IMG/VR virus record: IMGVR_UViG_3300036937_000041
Coordinates: 1-64,000 of that record
Strand: one strand, 5' to 3'
DNA length: 64,000 nucleotides
Origin: a virus
Shown here in pieces: positions 9,751 through 18,649 of this stretch. The notes below the pieces were generated by a model. It worked only from the letters and a program-made list of their open reading frames with translations, was not told the DNA's origin and made no database searches. Both the position numbers and the translations under genes were made by a program. Position 1 is the first letter of the stretch; every line of letters begins with the position of its first letter.

Positions 9751-10890
9751 TTAGGCGTTGCCTTTGTACACATACCGGTAGTCGGTAGAGCCAACACCGG
9801 CCTTGTACGAGAACTTATACTGGGCAACGACATCCCTGTCGAAGGCCGCCTGGGTGGATCCACCGAGCATATCCGTTTTCGGCTTCCAGTACCACTGGAT
9901 GCGCGTCTGATATGTCGGGTCGCCCAGCCACCAGCCGGTCGTGGTCTGCGCGTCGATAAACGAGCTGCTGACCACCTTGTACCTGCCCTGCCAGATGTTC
10001 GGGTCGTTGTTCGCCGAGCCGATAACCCCGGCGGCGGTGAACAGACTCTGCGCCGTTTTCCACAGAGCCTCGGGGACGATCAGAAAACGAGGCATGATCA
10101 CAATCGGGTCGCCCTTCTCGTCGACGAGGGTGGCCAGCCCGGTACGCGCGTCCGACAGCGTAGAGTCGGCGAGCGCCCCGGCGGCAAGGTTGTCGTTGGC
10201 AACCCCGTCCCACGCTGAATGGTCATTGGCGTATATGTCCCGGGCCGAGCCGTTGATGATCAACGAGCGACCAGTGGGCTCCCCGGTGATCGTACACGCG
10301 AGATCGCAGACCTTCTGGATGATATACCCGTGAATCTGCGTGCCGCCCTTGAGACCGATCTGGGTCGCCTTGGTGACAATCTGCCCGGTTTTGTCCTCGA
10401 TAACCGCCTCGGACGTCAGGTCAACGGTGATCCCGAACTTGTGGTTCTTGATCTTCGCGGACTTTTCGCTCGGCTGAGACTGCTGATACGGCGATCCTTC
10501 GCCGGTCAGCTGCGGGGAATCATGGGCGGAAAGACCTCCGATAGTCTCCTCGGACATCGTGCTCGGAACCTCCTGGACGAGGGTCAGCACATCGGTGGTC
10601 ATCGGCGTATATGACGCCATGAACACCGGGTGGAGCAGCTTGCCGACCAGGGTGGGCATCCCCGCGGCGTACATCGATTCGCAAACTGCCACCGAGTCTT
10701 TTATGTTGATATCCCGGTCGCGGTCGACCAGTGCCTCGAACAGGTTTTTGAGCGACACGCTGCGCAGGGTCGTCCCCTCGGCAATCGAGTCGTCCATACT
10801 CTGGTGGAATGCTCGAATACCCTCGACGACGTTTCCGTGCGCCTCCTGTATGCAAGCGTCCACCTGGGTGGCCAACACATCTCTTTTCAT
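9751..10890 (-). CDS. Major capsid protein (HK97 fold, Mu gpT-like)
   Basis: KFGITVDLTSEAVIEDKTG, PRFLIVPEAL, GWWLGD, GSTDYRYVYKG; follows protease and cement genes. Confidence 0.88.
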   Translation of the reverse strand: MKRDVLATQVDACIQEAHGNVVEGIRAFHQSMDDSIAEGTTLRSVSLKNLFEALVDRDRDINIKDSVAVCESMYAAGMPTLVGKLLHPVFMASYTPMTTDVLTLVQEVPSTMSEETIGGLSAHDSPQLTGEGSPYQQSQPSEKSAKIKNHKFGITVDLTSEAVIEDKTGQIVTKATQIGLKGGTQIHGYIIQKVCDLACTITGEPTGRSLIINGSARDIYANDHSAWDGVANDNLAAGALADSTLSDARTGLATLVDEKGDPIVIMPRFLIVPEALWKTAQSLFTAAGVIGSANNDPNIWQGRYKVVSSSFIDAQTTTGWWLGDPTYQTRIQWYWKPKTDMLGGSTQAAFDRDVVAQYKFSYKAGVGSTDYRYVYKGNA

Positions 10891-10956
10891 CGTCTTTCCT
10901 TTCCTATTTCTTTCTCAATGTATTTCATTGTCGTGTATGCTGAACTCCCAGGCCGC

Positions 10957-11433
10957 TTAGCTGACGATCACGCTAAACAAGGTGGAGAGCAGCGGAACAT
11001 CGATGAGCACCAGACCCTTGGTGATCGCGTCCTGATCCGAGCCGTAGAACCATCCGATGGTGAACGGCCCGCTGCTGGTCACCGCGGCGGTCAGCGTGTT
11101 CTTGGTCCCGGAGTAGCCGAGTGGCTGCCCAAAGTTGTAGTTTGCGCTCGCCAACGGGCACTCGATCACACCGCGCAGGACCACGGGGATCTTCGTCCCA
11201 TATGCTCCGCTGGTCATATCCGTGGTCGTCCCACCCTTAGACGCTCCGCAGAATTTTGCGAACTCACTCGCGGTATCGAACAGTCCGACACCCGAGTTGG
11301 TCGCCGTGGAATCCGCTTCAAAGCGAAGCAGGTCCCCCGTCTGGATCAGGGTCGCGGCCACCACCGCCTCCGAATAGAGGGGCAGGCTTTTGATCAACAA
11401 GCCTTCTTCAAGGCGTACGTTTGCGTGAGACAT
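10957..11433 (-). CDS. Head decoration/cement protein
   Basis: 158 aa between protease and MCP; I..GDLL, F.G.S, G.IEC motifs. Confidence 0.65.
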   Translation of the reverse strand: MSHANVRLEEGLLIKSLPLYSEAVVAATLIQTGDLLRFEADSTATNSGVGLFDTASEFAKFCGASKGGTTTDMTSGAYGTKIPVVLRGVIECPLASANYNFGQPLGYSGTKNTLTAAVTSSGPFTIGWFYGSDQDAITKGLVLIDVPLLSTLFSVIVS

Positions 11434-11500
11434 TTTCTACGCTCCTCCAAATGTTATATTATTCATCTTCATATTCGTGGACTATCGCCCAGGGGGAAGG

Positions 11501-13264
11501 TTATCCCTGAAGGGCGGCCGCCAACTCCTTGCCCGTCATGGGCTTCGCACTCTCGACGACCGTGCGGGGCTTGACCGCCGTGGGACCAACTCCGCTGATC
11601 TTCGGCTGGAGCGTCGGCGCAGCGTGCCCTACCGCTTCCTTGCGGTCTTCGACCAACGCGGTGATCGCCCCCGTGAACTCGTTTTCCTTCGCCGGGTCGA
11701 AGGCCACCCCTTCGAGCACGGTGTTGAACGTGCTGGAGCACATATCTTCGGCCAGGCCGACGGTCTTCTTCACATCGGCGATGATCTCGCGCTTGCGCGC
11801 CACCTGCTCGGCCAGAGCATGCCGGGCATTCTCTTCTTTGAGCGTCTTGTTCTCGGCCTCCATCGCGGCGTGGTCGGCGGTCAGCTTATCATGGGCGGCC
11901 GTGACCTGGGCCAGCGACTCCTGCACGACGGGCAGCTTCTCACTGTCGGTCTTCCACTTGTTGGTCTGCTCATCATTCTGTACGGCGCTGCGTGCTTCGG
12001 CGATAATGCTCGCGTACAGAGCGGGGGCAGCCTCTTTCATCTCGGAAAGATTTTTGAACGACATTTCTTCTTCTCCTTCTTGTTCGGTATCATCAGCTTG
12101 TTCTATTGTTTTTTTGGTCCAGGTGCGCGCCCCCGCCTCATCCCATTTACTGGCCTCAAAGCAGTAGGCGCACAGTCGAGCAGTATGGCCCTCCCCGTCT
12201 TTTACCCTGCCGATCACGGCGATCACCCCCGGTTCGATGGGCACCCGACGCTCAGACTCGACGAGCGCGCCCCCCAGGTCGAATGTGATCTTGATCTCCT
12301 GCTCGGACGAGCTCACGCCCGCCACGGCCCCCTGTCCTTTGGGGATCGGCCTCGGGGCAATGAAGTTCATCTTGTTTATCTCGGTGGTAAACTCTTCGAT
12401 CAGTGGGGTGACCAGCTTCTTGCGGTCGGCAACGGCCGCAAACTCATAGCCCTCGCGGGCGAGCACGATGTTCCCCAGCTCGTCGGTAAACGTATACTGG
12501 AGATCGTACCATTTTTCAACCACATCGCGGCGCGCCTGCTTTTGCTTAATCCGGTCTTTGAGGATGGTCACCTGCGGAGTGTCGGCCTCGGCCACCGCCT
12601 GGGCGCCCAACGCTTCGAGCAAAAACTGTTGATCTTCGTCGCTGACCACCCCCTCAAATATGTGCTCGAAATGAGTACCGTTCTCTACCGGGGCCATCCC
12701 CTCCGCCACGCTGTTCACCTTCCCGCCCGCCGACGGCCCGGAAACCAGGTCGTATGAGTGCAAGTACGTGATATCCTCTACGATCGGCCCCTTACGCCCC
12801 TCGGCGGTCCCCTGCCGAATCTTGGCCTTGCCGACAATCGACGGCCCCAGGCTCTCCGGGCTTTCCCGCATACGATCAAAAACCCATGCCTTCGGCCCCG
12901 ATTTGAAAAACTTCGCCTTGGTCACGACCGTCAGCCCATCGGCGGCCACGGTGGCCCCCAAGTTTTCGGCCACATGGTCTTCGACCAACCGGGGTTCAAA
13001 TATCTCCGATCGCTTGTTATGATTCAAGTAAACTTTTCTGGCCGAACCATTGATATGCTCGGCTATCGCCTGCAGCGGACGATCCCCGTAGTAAAATCCG
13101 TTCTTGGACCAGCCCTTGCGGATTACCGTCAGCTCCGCTACCCGGTTTTCCGCATCATACTTAGCCTCCGATAGATCGCCCATTAGTATAAAGTTCTGCT
13201 CCCTGGTCAGCTGAGCGTTCAGCTGCTGTTCGATCATCCGACGCTTAATCTGTGGCATATGCAA
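11501..13264 (-). CDS. Prohead protease/scaffold fusion
   Basis: GWSKNGFYY, VYLNH, GPSI, SYDLVSGPSAGG in N-terminal half; coiled-coil scaffold-like C-terminus. Confidence 0.85.
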   Translation of the reverse strand: MHMPQIKRRMIEQQLNAQLTREQNFILMGDLSEAKYDAENRVAELTVIRKGWSKNGFYYGDRPLQAIAEHINGSARKVYLNHNKRSEIFEPRLVEDHVAENLGATVAADGLTVVTKAKFFKSGPKAWVFDRMRESPESLGPSIVGKAKIRQGTAEGRKGPIVEDITYLHSYDLVSGPSAGGKVNSVAEGMAPVENGTHFEHIFEGVVSDEDQQFLLEALGAQAVAEADTPQVTILKDRIKQKQARRDVVEKWYDLQYTFTDELGNIVLAREGYEFAAVADRKKLVTPLIEEFTTEINKMNFIAPRPIPKGQGAVAGVSSSEQEIKITFDLGGALVESERRVPIEPGVIAVIGRVKDGEGHTARLCAYCFEASKWDEAGARTWTKKTIEQADDTEQEGEEEMSFKNLSEMKEAAPALYASIIAEARSAVQNDEQTNKWKTDSEKLPVVQESLAQVTAAHDKLTADHAAMEAENKTLKEENARHALAEQVARKREIIADVKKTVGLAEDMCSSTFNTVLEGVAFDPAKENEFTGAITALVEDRKEAVGHAAPTLQPKISGVGPTAVKPRTVVESAKPMTGKELAAALQG

Positions 13265-13355
13265 AAACTCCGTCTCAGGCTATAGATTTATCTCCTACAG
13301 ACAGGACGGATAATATTATTTTATACGGCTGGCGGATAAGTCAATTAGATGCGGA

Positions 13356-13387
13356 TAAAAAAGCCCCGGTGCTCAGGCAACCGGGGG
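13356..13387 (-). terminator. Rho-independent terminator
   Basis: Minus strand CCCCGGTTGCCTGAGCACCGGGGC followed by TTTTTT, downstream of the tRNA. Confidence 0.8.
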
Positions 13388-13427
13388 ACCATCAGCGAGC
13401 TGACGGCGCGTCGTCTAACGGAATTTA

Positions 13428-13501
13428 TCCGGGCAGAAGGATTTGAACCTTCGACCGCCTGTCCCCAAAACAGGTGCGCTACCTGACCGCGCCCTGCCCG
13501 G
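13428..13501 (-). tRNA. tRNA-Pro(UGG), non-canonical (G8, G14; no encoded CCA)
   Basis: CCGGGCA GG GCGC GGTCAGGTA GCGC A CCTGT TTTGGGG ACAGG CGGTC GAAGG TTCAAAT CCTTC TGCCCGG A folds as a complete cloverleaf. Confidence 0.8.
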
Positions 13502-13799
13502 AATCGCTTTTTTGAAACGTTCTTTCGGTATCCGGCTTCAGATATTCGACGCTGACTATCTGGGTGTCAGGTATACACATATCCCCATCGGCGCATATGT
13601 CATCTGAAATGCTTGCCGCGACCAGAGTGTGCCCGTCGTCACGTGTGAGAAGCCATCCGATTGTTACTATATACTTAGCGGAGCAGCGAGCCTTAAGATC
13701 CTCTACGTCCATCCATGTGGAACTTGAATGTGAGTCAAGCCACGTTATCATAACGAGGTCATGAGTAGATTGAAATTGAGTGAGCTTCTCACTTGCCAT
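13479..13799 (-). CDS. Conserved phage hypothetical protein
   Basis: V.ITW.DS...W, TIGWL, IP..QI motif pattern common in phages. Confidence 0.65.
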   Translation of the reverse strand: MASEKLTQFQSTHDLVMITWLDSHSSSTWMDVEDLKARCSAKYIVTIGWLLTRDDGHTLVAASISDDICADGDMCIPDTQIVSVEYLKPDTERTFQKSDSGQGAVR

Positions 13800-14217
13800 A
13801 TTTCCTCTTGTAGATAGCGGTAAACAAGTATGAAAGATCTATGCCATTCAGGTCAAAGTCTTGATCAGCAATATTGTACCTAAAACTTGGGTAGAGCCAT
13901 ATAGCCATTCCATGGCCGGTAAAATGTCCAAGCGTATCATATAGTTCTAAATCGACGGCCATCACCCCCGGGTACACAGAATCGGGTTCCGGGTAGACGA
14001 TGGTCGATGTTGAGTCATCAAAGTGTATGGTGTCGACATCTACCTGGCCGGGGAATGGGACGCTGTCGACCAGGGTGATCCAGATGAACAGGCTATCTTG
14101 TCCAGTATGGATATAAAAAGGGAAAGCGGAGCCCATGCTCCGCTCCCCGGGTTGAGAATGGACGACCGTCACCGTCAAAGACAGGGACAGCAGTATCTGT
14201 ACGAGTAGCCTGCGCAT
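13789..14217 (-). CDS. Secreted protein with C-terminal dockerin/EF-hand-like motif
   Basis: Signal peptide; ends ADQDFDLNGIDLSYLFTAIY. Confidence 0.55.
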   Translation of the reverse strand: MRRLLVQILLSLSLTVTVVHSQPGERSMGSAFPFYIHTGQDSLFIWITLVDSVPFPGQVDVDTIHFDDSTSTIVYPEPDSVYPGVMAVDLELYDTLGHFTGHGMAIWLYPSFRYNIADQDFDLNGIDLSYLFTAIYKRKYGK

Positions 14218-14220
14218 AAC

Positions 14221-14607
14221 CTACGGCCGCCAGAACAAGAAGCTGAACAGCGTCCAGAAATCACGGCCGTTGACCACCCCATCCTGATTCACGTCGAACG
14301 GGTTGGCCATCTTGACCGGCGTGTACGAGATCGATAGCTCGGGATTGTGGTCCCCCGTACTATCCGGATATATGTTGGTGACCAGCTTCCAGTGGCGCAG
14401 GCTGTCGAGCGTCTGCACCTCCTGGGTAATGTGGATCACCGACGGATTATCAGCGTCCACGGTTACCTGGGTGATCAGCGTGTCACCGGTGGCCAGCACT
14501 GTCTGCGTCGGGGGCACCAGGGTCAGCGTCTCGGCCACGGTCTTCACCGGGGGCAGACAGATCAACATGATGATCGCGCAGACTAGCAACATTGTTTTGA
14601 ACTTCAT
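14221..14607 (-). CDS. Secreted protein with C-terminal dockerin type I-like motif
   Basis: Signal peptide; ends FDVNQDGVVNGRDFWTLFSFLF; SD AAGGAGGA. Confidence 0.65.
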   Translation of the reverse strand: MKFKTMLLVCAIIMLICLPPVKTVAETLTLVPPTQTVLATGDTLITQVTVDADNPSVIHITQEVQTLDSLRHWKLVTNIYPDSTGDHNPELSISYTPVKMANPFDVNQDGVVNGRDFWTLFSFLFWRP

Positions 14608-15008
14608 CGACGGTCCTCCTTGTCTTTTGTCTCATTATACGCGTTGTCCATCAGCTTCTGCAAAGATAATTTGAAACTTTTTTCCACGCGAACCCTACTG
14701 TTTACCGCTTGAGATATTTTTTTGGCCAGCTGGCGAACGGTCGGGATCACCCGTGCGTATGCTTTTCGCGCTTCGCATGCGCCACTGTGCACCTCGGGGA
14801 TAGTCCGCTCCACCGTACAGTCTATATCCGAGTACTTGCCGAATCGAATGGCCTGCCCGCACACACGGCACCCGACCTCCAGGGTCGGCCACCCCGATAT
14901 AGTCCACTTGCGCTCGGGCACCCGGTAGACCCGACGACCATCGTCTGCCGTGCACTCGAACTCGTAATATTCGCCGGTTCGACTGTCGTAGCCCGCTATG
15001 GATTTCAT
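14604..15008 (-). CDS. Hypothetical protein (CxxC)
   Basis: 134 aa, ATGA overlaps on both sides. Confidence 0.6.
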   Translation of the reverse strand: MKSIAGYDSRTGEYYEFECTADDGRRVYRVPERKWTISGWPTLEVGCRVCGQAIRFGKYSDIDCTVERTIPEVHSGACEARKAYARVIPTVRQLAKKISQAVNSRVRVEKSFKLSLQKLMDNAYNETKDKEDRR

Positions 15009-15889
15009 AGGATGGCCAACGCCTCTTTAACCGCCGTGGCGACCACGGTCATCTGCGCGTCAAATCTGTTCTCAAGATCGGGGTTGCCCGTCAACTTGTG
15101 GACCCCATGACCATCGGTAATCTGCTTGACCAACTTGCCGATCAGATCCAGTTTATCCCGTACGTCGTGCACGCTCTTGATCGGCCGATCCTGTACGTCG
15201 GGCTGACGCATGGACATAAAAAGTGGCTCCCCATGCATGTTCACGCCCTCGGTGATCCTGCGGGGCATAAGTACGGCCAGCGCCTTCTGCACGGTGTTGA
15301 TGCCAACGGTCTTGAACACAATCGGGCCAGCCAGCGCGTCCAACTGGATCTCCATGTCCAACGATGGGGCTACTCCCCGGTCATCTCTGGCCTGGGCCAT
15401 AAATGTAGCGACCTTGATCAGCAGATTGGGATCCAGCTTGATCGTCAGCGTCTGCTCATTGCGTTTGGGTATCACCCCATGTACATTTGGATATTGCTCA
15501 TCGGAACAGAGAATATTCTGTGAGACCTCGTGATCCAAGTCGGTGGCCGCCCAGACAACCTGGCCGTCCTGCTTGTCGAAGATCAGGCGCCCGTGCGTCA
15601 GTATGGGCAGGTTCTTTACCTTCGATGATATCTGCTTGGCCAGACCAGCAAACGCCTGGGCGGGCAGCAGCACGTCCGTAATCGGATCCCCTTGCTGGTC
15701 GTCACCCAGACTGCGCAGCCGCGGGTAATCATCTTCGTTCGCCGACGATCTCCATACTCGGAATAGTATATGGCCGTCCGTGGCCTCCACATACTCGTCG
15801 GTCAGGTGCACGTTCCGCAGCGGGAGCCGAGGTTCATTCGAGTCGGCGGCGGCCGCGGCGACCAGGGTCATAATCTTGTTGATCAGCAT
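15005..15889 (-). CDS. Beta-clamp-like protein (partial clamp domains)
   Basis: EPRLPL..VHL, VEATDGHIL, YPNVHGVIP, VLMPR motifs of DnaN central/C-terminal domains. Confidence 0.65.
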   Translation of the reverse strand: MLINKIMTLVAAAAADSNEPRLPLRNVHLTDEYVEATDGHILFRVWRSSANEDDYPRLRSLGDDQQGDPITDVLLPAQAFAGLAKQISSKVKNLPILTHGRLIFDKQDGQVVWAATDLDHEVSQNILCSDEQYPNVHGVIPKRNEQTLTIKLDPNLLIKVATFMAQARDDRGVAPSLDMEIQLDALAGPIVFKTVGINTVQKALAVLMPRRITEGVNMHGEPLFMSMRQPDVQDRPIKSVHDVRDKLDLIGKLVKQITDGHGVHKLTGNPDLENRFDAQMTVVATAVKEALAIL

Positions 15890-16401
15890 TTGTTCTCCAA
15901 GTCTTTTATCATCTGTTTAACCTTTGCTATTTCAGTATCGGTATGCTGGGTTCCCCCGGTGTTCAGCGCCACATACCATTCGAGCACTTCTTTTGGATCA
16001 TCAAGATCGGCAACGTGAAATCGAAATGAGGGGCTTGTCCACGAGAGCTCACCCTCGTACTGGGAGTGGAGCAGCCCATACGCGGGGATCTTGTTGCCCA
16101 AAAAGGCCAGCACCGCGTCGATACGCTGCTTGCCGTCGACGAGCACCATCGGCCTGTGAAACCCGTGCATCCACCCCGGGCAGTTGAAAAAGATGTCCAT
16201 GCCCGAGAATCCGCCGCGCAGACCCCATTCAACAAACTGGATCTTCTGCACCTCAGTCCAGATATATCCGCGCTGGAACTCCGGATCAAGATCAAGCTTG
16301 TACTCCGTGACATACCGAGATATTGTCCGTCGTAGATCTGCCCAGCCCTGATCTACAGCATACCTCGCCAGGTTAACCTGTTTGATATCAGTAAATTTCA
16401 T
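15883..16401 (-). CDS. DUF262 (ParB/GmrS-like) domain protein
   Basis: PEFQRGYIW and LVDGKQR motifs; start reassigned to ATG 16401 below promoter motif. Confidence 0.8.
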   Translation of the reverse strand: MKFTDIKQVNLARYAVDQGWADLRRTISRYVTEYKLDLDPEFQRGYIWTEVQKIQFVEWGLRGGFSGMDIFFNCPGWMHGFHRPMVLVDGKQRIDAVLAFLGNKIPAYGLLHSQYEGELSWTSPSFRFHVADLDDPKEVLEWYVALNTGGTQHTDTEIAKVKQMIKDLENKC

Positions 16402-16420
16402 ACACACATCCTTACCCTCA

Positions 16421-16756
16421 TTATACGCTTTTTCTGACCGCCGTGTACCCACCCCAATCCCAGTCGTCGATGGTGTCCAGCGTCCCATACTGTTTCTTCT
16501 TGTTGGGCACCCCGTAGGCCCGCAACCCAAATATCTGGCCGGTCCAGTTGTCGACCAGGTATCTGCCCTCCGATGCTGGGGCGTCAGGGCGACCGGTGTC
16601 AATCCGTGTGTACCGCCGGGCAAAGTGAACGGACACGCAGTAGTCGATCAACTCACGGGCGAGCCCCTTCGCCAGTCCGTGGGCCAACATCTGTTGTTCG
16701 AGCAGCTGCTTAAACCGCATGATCTTGGGCACAAAAATATCATCATCGTCTGCCAT
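16421..16756 (-). CDS. Hypothetical protein
   Basis: 111 aa, SD AGAGG. Confidence 0.65.
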   Translation of the reverse strand: MADDDDIFVPKIMRFKQLLEQQMLAHGLAKGLARELIDYCVSVHFARRYTRIDTGRPDAPASEGRYLVDNWTGQIFGLRAYGVPNKKKQYGTLDTIDDWDWGGYTAVRKSV

Positions 16757-16905
16757 TCTCTACCTCTTCTTTCATCTGTTTGGCCAGCGCCTCCTCCAGG
16801 GGGAGCCCGAGGGCGCGCGCCCGCGCGACCACCGACCGCCAGGTCCAAGACCGTTGAAGATCTTCGGACCCGGCTACCCGGGCGGCCTGCACTTTGATAT
16901 GATGG

Positions 16906-17133
16906 TCAAGATTTTGCATTGTCTTGCACTGGTTTCAAGTCCCGCAATATCTGCCAGATTTCGTCGACATCGGCCTGTAGCGAGGCGGCTGCGGTAGCCA
17001 TTTCGCATTTGTTCATATATCCGGGCTCGTATGGTCGGGCATGTCCTGCTTGAGCGATCCTGGCAAGGCGAGTTGATAGGTTCCCCCGATCTCGAATGTC
17101 CGCGAGTCTCTTAATCGCTTCCTCATTTGTCAT
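16906..17133 (-). CDS. Hypothetical protein
   Basis: 75 aa, SD GAGGAG. Confidence 0.6.
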   Translation of the reverse strand: MTNEEAIKRLADIRDRGNLSTRLARIAQAGHARPYEPGYMNKCEMATAAASLQADVDEIWQILRDLKPVQDNAKS

Positions 17134-17204
17134 CTTACTTACTCCTCAGGCCGGTCAATACGACCGGCCTGGGTTAGGGGTTTACTTGTTGATCCGGTAG
17201 TGAT

Positions 17205-17408
17205 TTACAATCCCTCTATATCATCGGGCCGATAGCAAGTACCGCCGCCCTCTACGACTCTTGGATCCACCTTTGGGGGAGACACGGCCCAGTACCATGT
17301 GCCATCTGTGATTTCATCACAACGGCGGTTTGCGTCTACCGCCTCATCTTCCGTCATTAGACGGGTTTCGGCTACAGCCAGCCCATCGGTTAGATAATAC
17401 ATCTCCAT
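17205..17408 (-). CDS. Hypothetical protein
   Basis: 67 aa, SD AGGAG. Confidence 0.6.
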   Translation of the reverse strand: MEMYYLTDGLAVAETRLMTEDEAVDANRRCDEITDGTWYWAVSPPKVDPRVVEGGGTCYRPDDIEGL

Positions 17409-17420
17409 TTTATCAACTCC

Positions 17421-17474
17421 TCATCTTGTGCCGAAGTACTCGGCGAAGGCTTTGAACTTGTCAACCTGTCTCAT
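17421..17474 (-). CDS. 17-aa mini-ORF MRQVDKFKAFAEYFGTR
   Basis: Strong SD AGGAGG 6-7 nt upstream; fills the gap exactly. Confidence 0.4.
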   Translation of the reverse strand: MRQVDKFKAFAEYFGTR

Positions 17475-17493
17475 ATATCCTCCTATCGTTTGG

Positions 17494-17751
17494 TTATCGC
17501 ACCGCCGCCGCAATCTTTCTCAGCAGTCTGCTCCGCAATTCCGCCGCCTGCGCGAGGGAAATAAGTTCGTGCACCTTGAGGCACAAGATTGAGTCCGCAC
17601 ATGCCTGAAACTTTTCAGCGTCCAGGTCGTCGATCTGGTACCCCTGCTTGCTGAGCTGATACTTAATCGGATCTTCTGTCGATCCGAACTTGATATCACT
17701 GGCCAGCCTTCTAAGTACCTGGCTTTTTGATGTTCTTGCTTCCATTCTCAA
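17494..17751 (-). CDS. Hypothetical protein
   Basis: About 85 aa, first gene after canonical promoter. Confidence 0.6.
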   Translation of the reverse strand: MRMEARTSKSQVLRRLASDIKFGSTEDPIKYQLSKQGYQIDDLDAEKFQACADSILCLKVHELISLAQAAELRSRLLRKIAAAVR

Positions 17752-17776
17752 TCCCTTTCATTGTTTAGCTTACCAT

Positions 17777-17805
17777 ATGATACGACATTTATTCCAATTT
17801 GTCAA
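17777..17805 (-). promoter_or_regulatory. Canonical sigma70 promoter
   Basis: TTGACA-17 nt-TATCAT with AT-rich upstream region. Confidence 0.75.
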
Positions 17806-17906
17806 GTACTTTTTGTAAATAAGTGCAGAAATATATGGGGAAGGCCGGTCGTGGGGATAGGCTGACCGGCCTTCTGGGCTGAGGGGACAGAGAAAATTGG
17901 GGGCCT

Positions 17907-18308
17907 TTACGACGGCTTGTGGCCGGGGATTATCAGCCTGGGATCGGCCATGACCTTCTGCTTGAGCAGCTCGGTCGCCGTCATCTCGGCCGACATCTTG
18001 GCGATCAGCTGGGGTAGATTGATCTCCACGGTTCCCCCCGGAGTTTGCACCGGGATCGGCATGTTGATCAGCTTTTCCACCATTGTCTGGGCAAGCTGGT
18101 TGCGTTCCAGATTGCTGTTCACCGTCGAGATCAGAAGCCGTAAGGTCTCGCGCACGGTCGTGTACGCCTTGCCCTGGTGCTCGAACTCGTAGACAAGCTG
18201 GATATGAGACAGATTATCATCGGCCAGGATCAGCAGACCGTGGGTAAACTCCGGGGCCTTCTCATCTTCTTGGGGCTCGAATTTGCTCGGCGGCTCTTTT
18301 TTGTTCAT
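17907..18308 (-). CDS. Hypothetical protein
   Basis: 133 aa, SD AGAGG. Confidence 0.65.
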   Translation of the reverse strand: MNKKEPPSKFEPQEDEKAPEFTHGLLILADDNLSHIQLVYEFEHQGKAYTTVRETLRLLISTVNSNLERNQLAQTMVEKLINMPIPVQTPGGTVEINLPQLIAKMSAEMTATELLKQKVMADPRLIIPGHKPS

Positions 18309-18311
18309 ATT

Positions 18312-18635
18312 TTATCCTCTATATCCTTGCAGTCCATCATTTTTCAACCGTGATAAAGACATACCGGAAAGCACCGGGTTATCCTGCTTCAGCTTCTCCA
18401 AAAGCTGTTCGTCTATTTTTGAGATTACAACAGCGCCGTGCTCCTCGGTTGTCAGCGACACAGATTGAGTATCTTCCTCCCACTTTGTCCAGTGGAGTAC
18501 TATGCTGTGATCCAGATATGCGTTTATCGCCAGTTCAACAACATGCGGCCTGGGTCGAAATACTGCCCAGCAAAGAACAGGATGCTCAACGTCCGCCAAA
18601 GACACGTAGTACAGCGTATGTTCTGTTATTTCCAT
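18312..18635 (-). CDS. Hypothetical protein, candidate immunity partner of the upstream toxin-like domain
   Basis: 107 aa directly downstream of the ART-like domain, with its own leaderless-type promoter. Confidence 0.55.
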   Translation of the reverse strand: MEITEHTLYYVSLADVEHPVLCWAVFRPRPHVVELAINAYLDHSIVLHWTKWEEDTQSVSLTTEEHGAVVISKIDEQLLEKLKQDNPVLSGMSLSRLKNDGLQGYRG

Positions 18636-18640
18636 ACTCT

Positions 18641-18649
18641 ATTATACGC
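18641..18649 (-). promoter_or_regulatory. GCGTATAAT extended -10 motif (representative of 13 exact copies)
   Basis: GCGTATAAT-AGAGT-ATG; other copies listed in findings. Confidence 0.8.
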
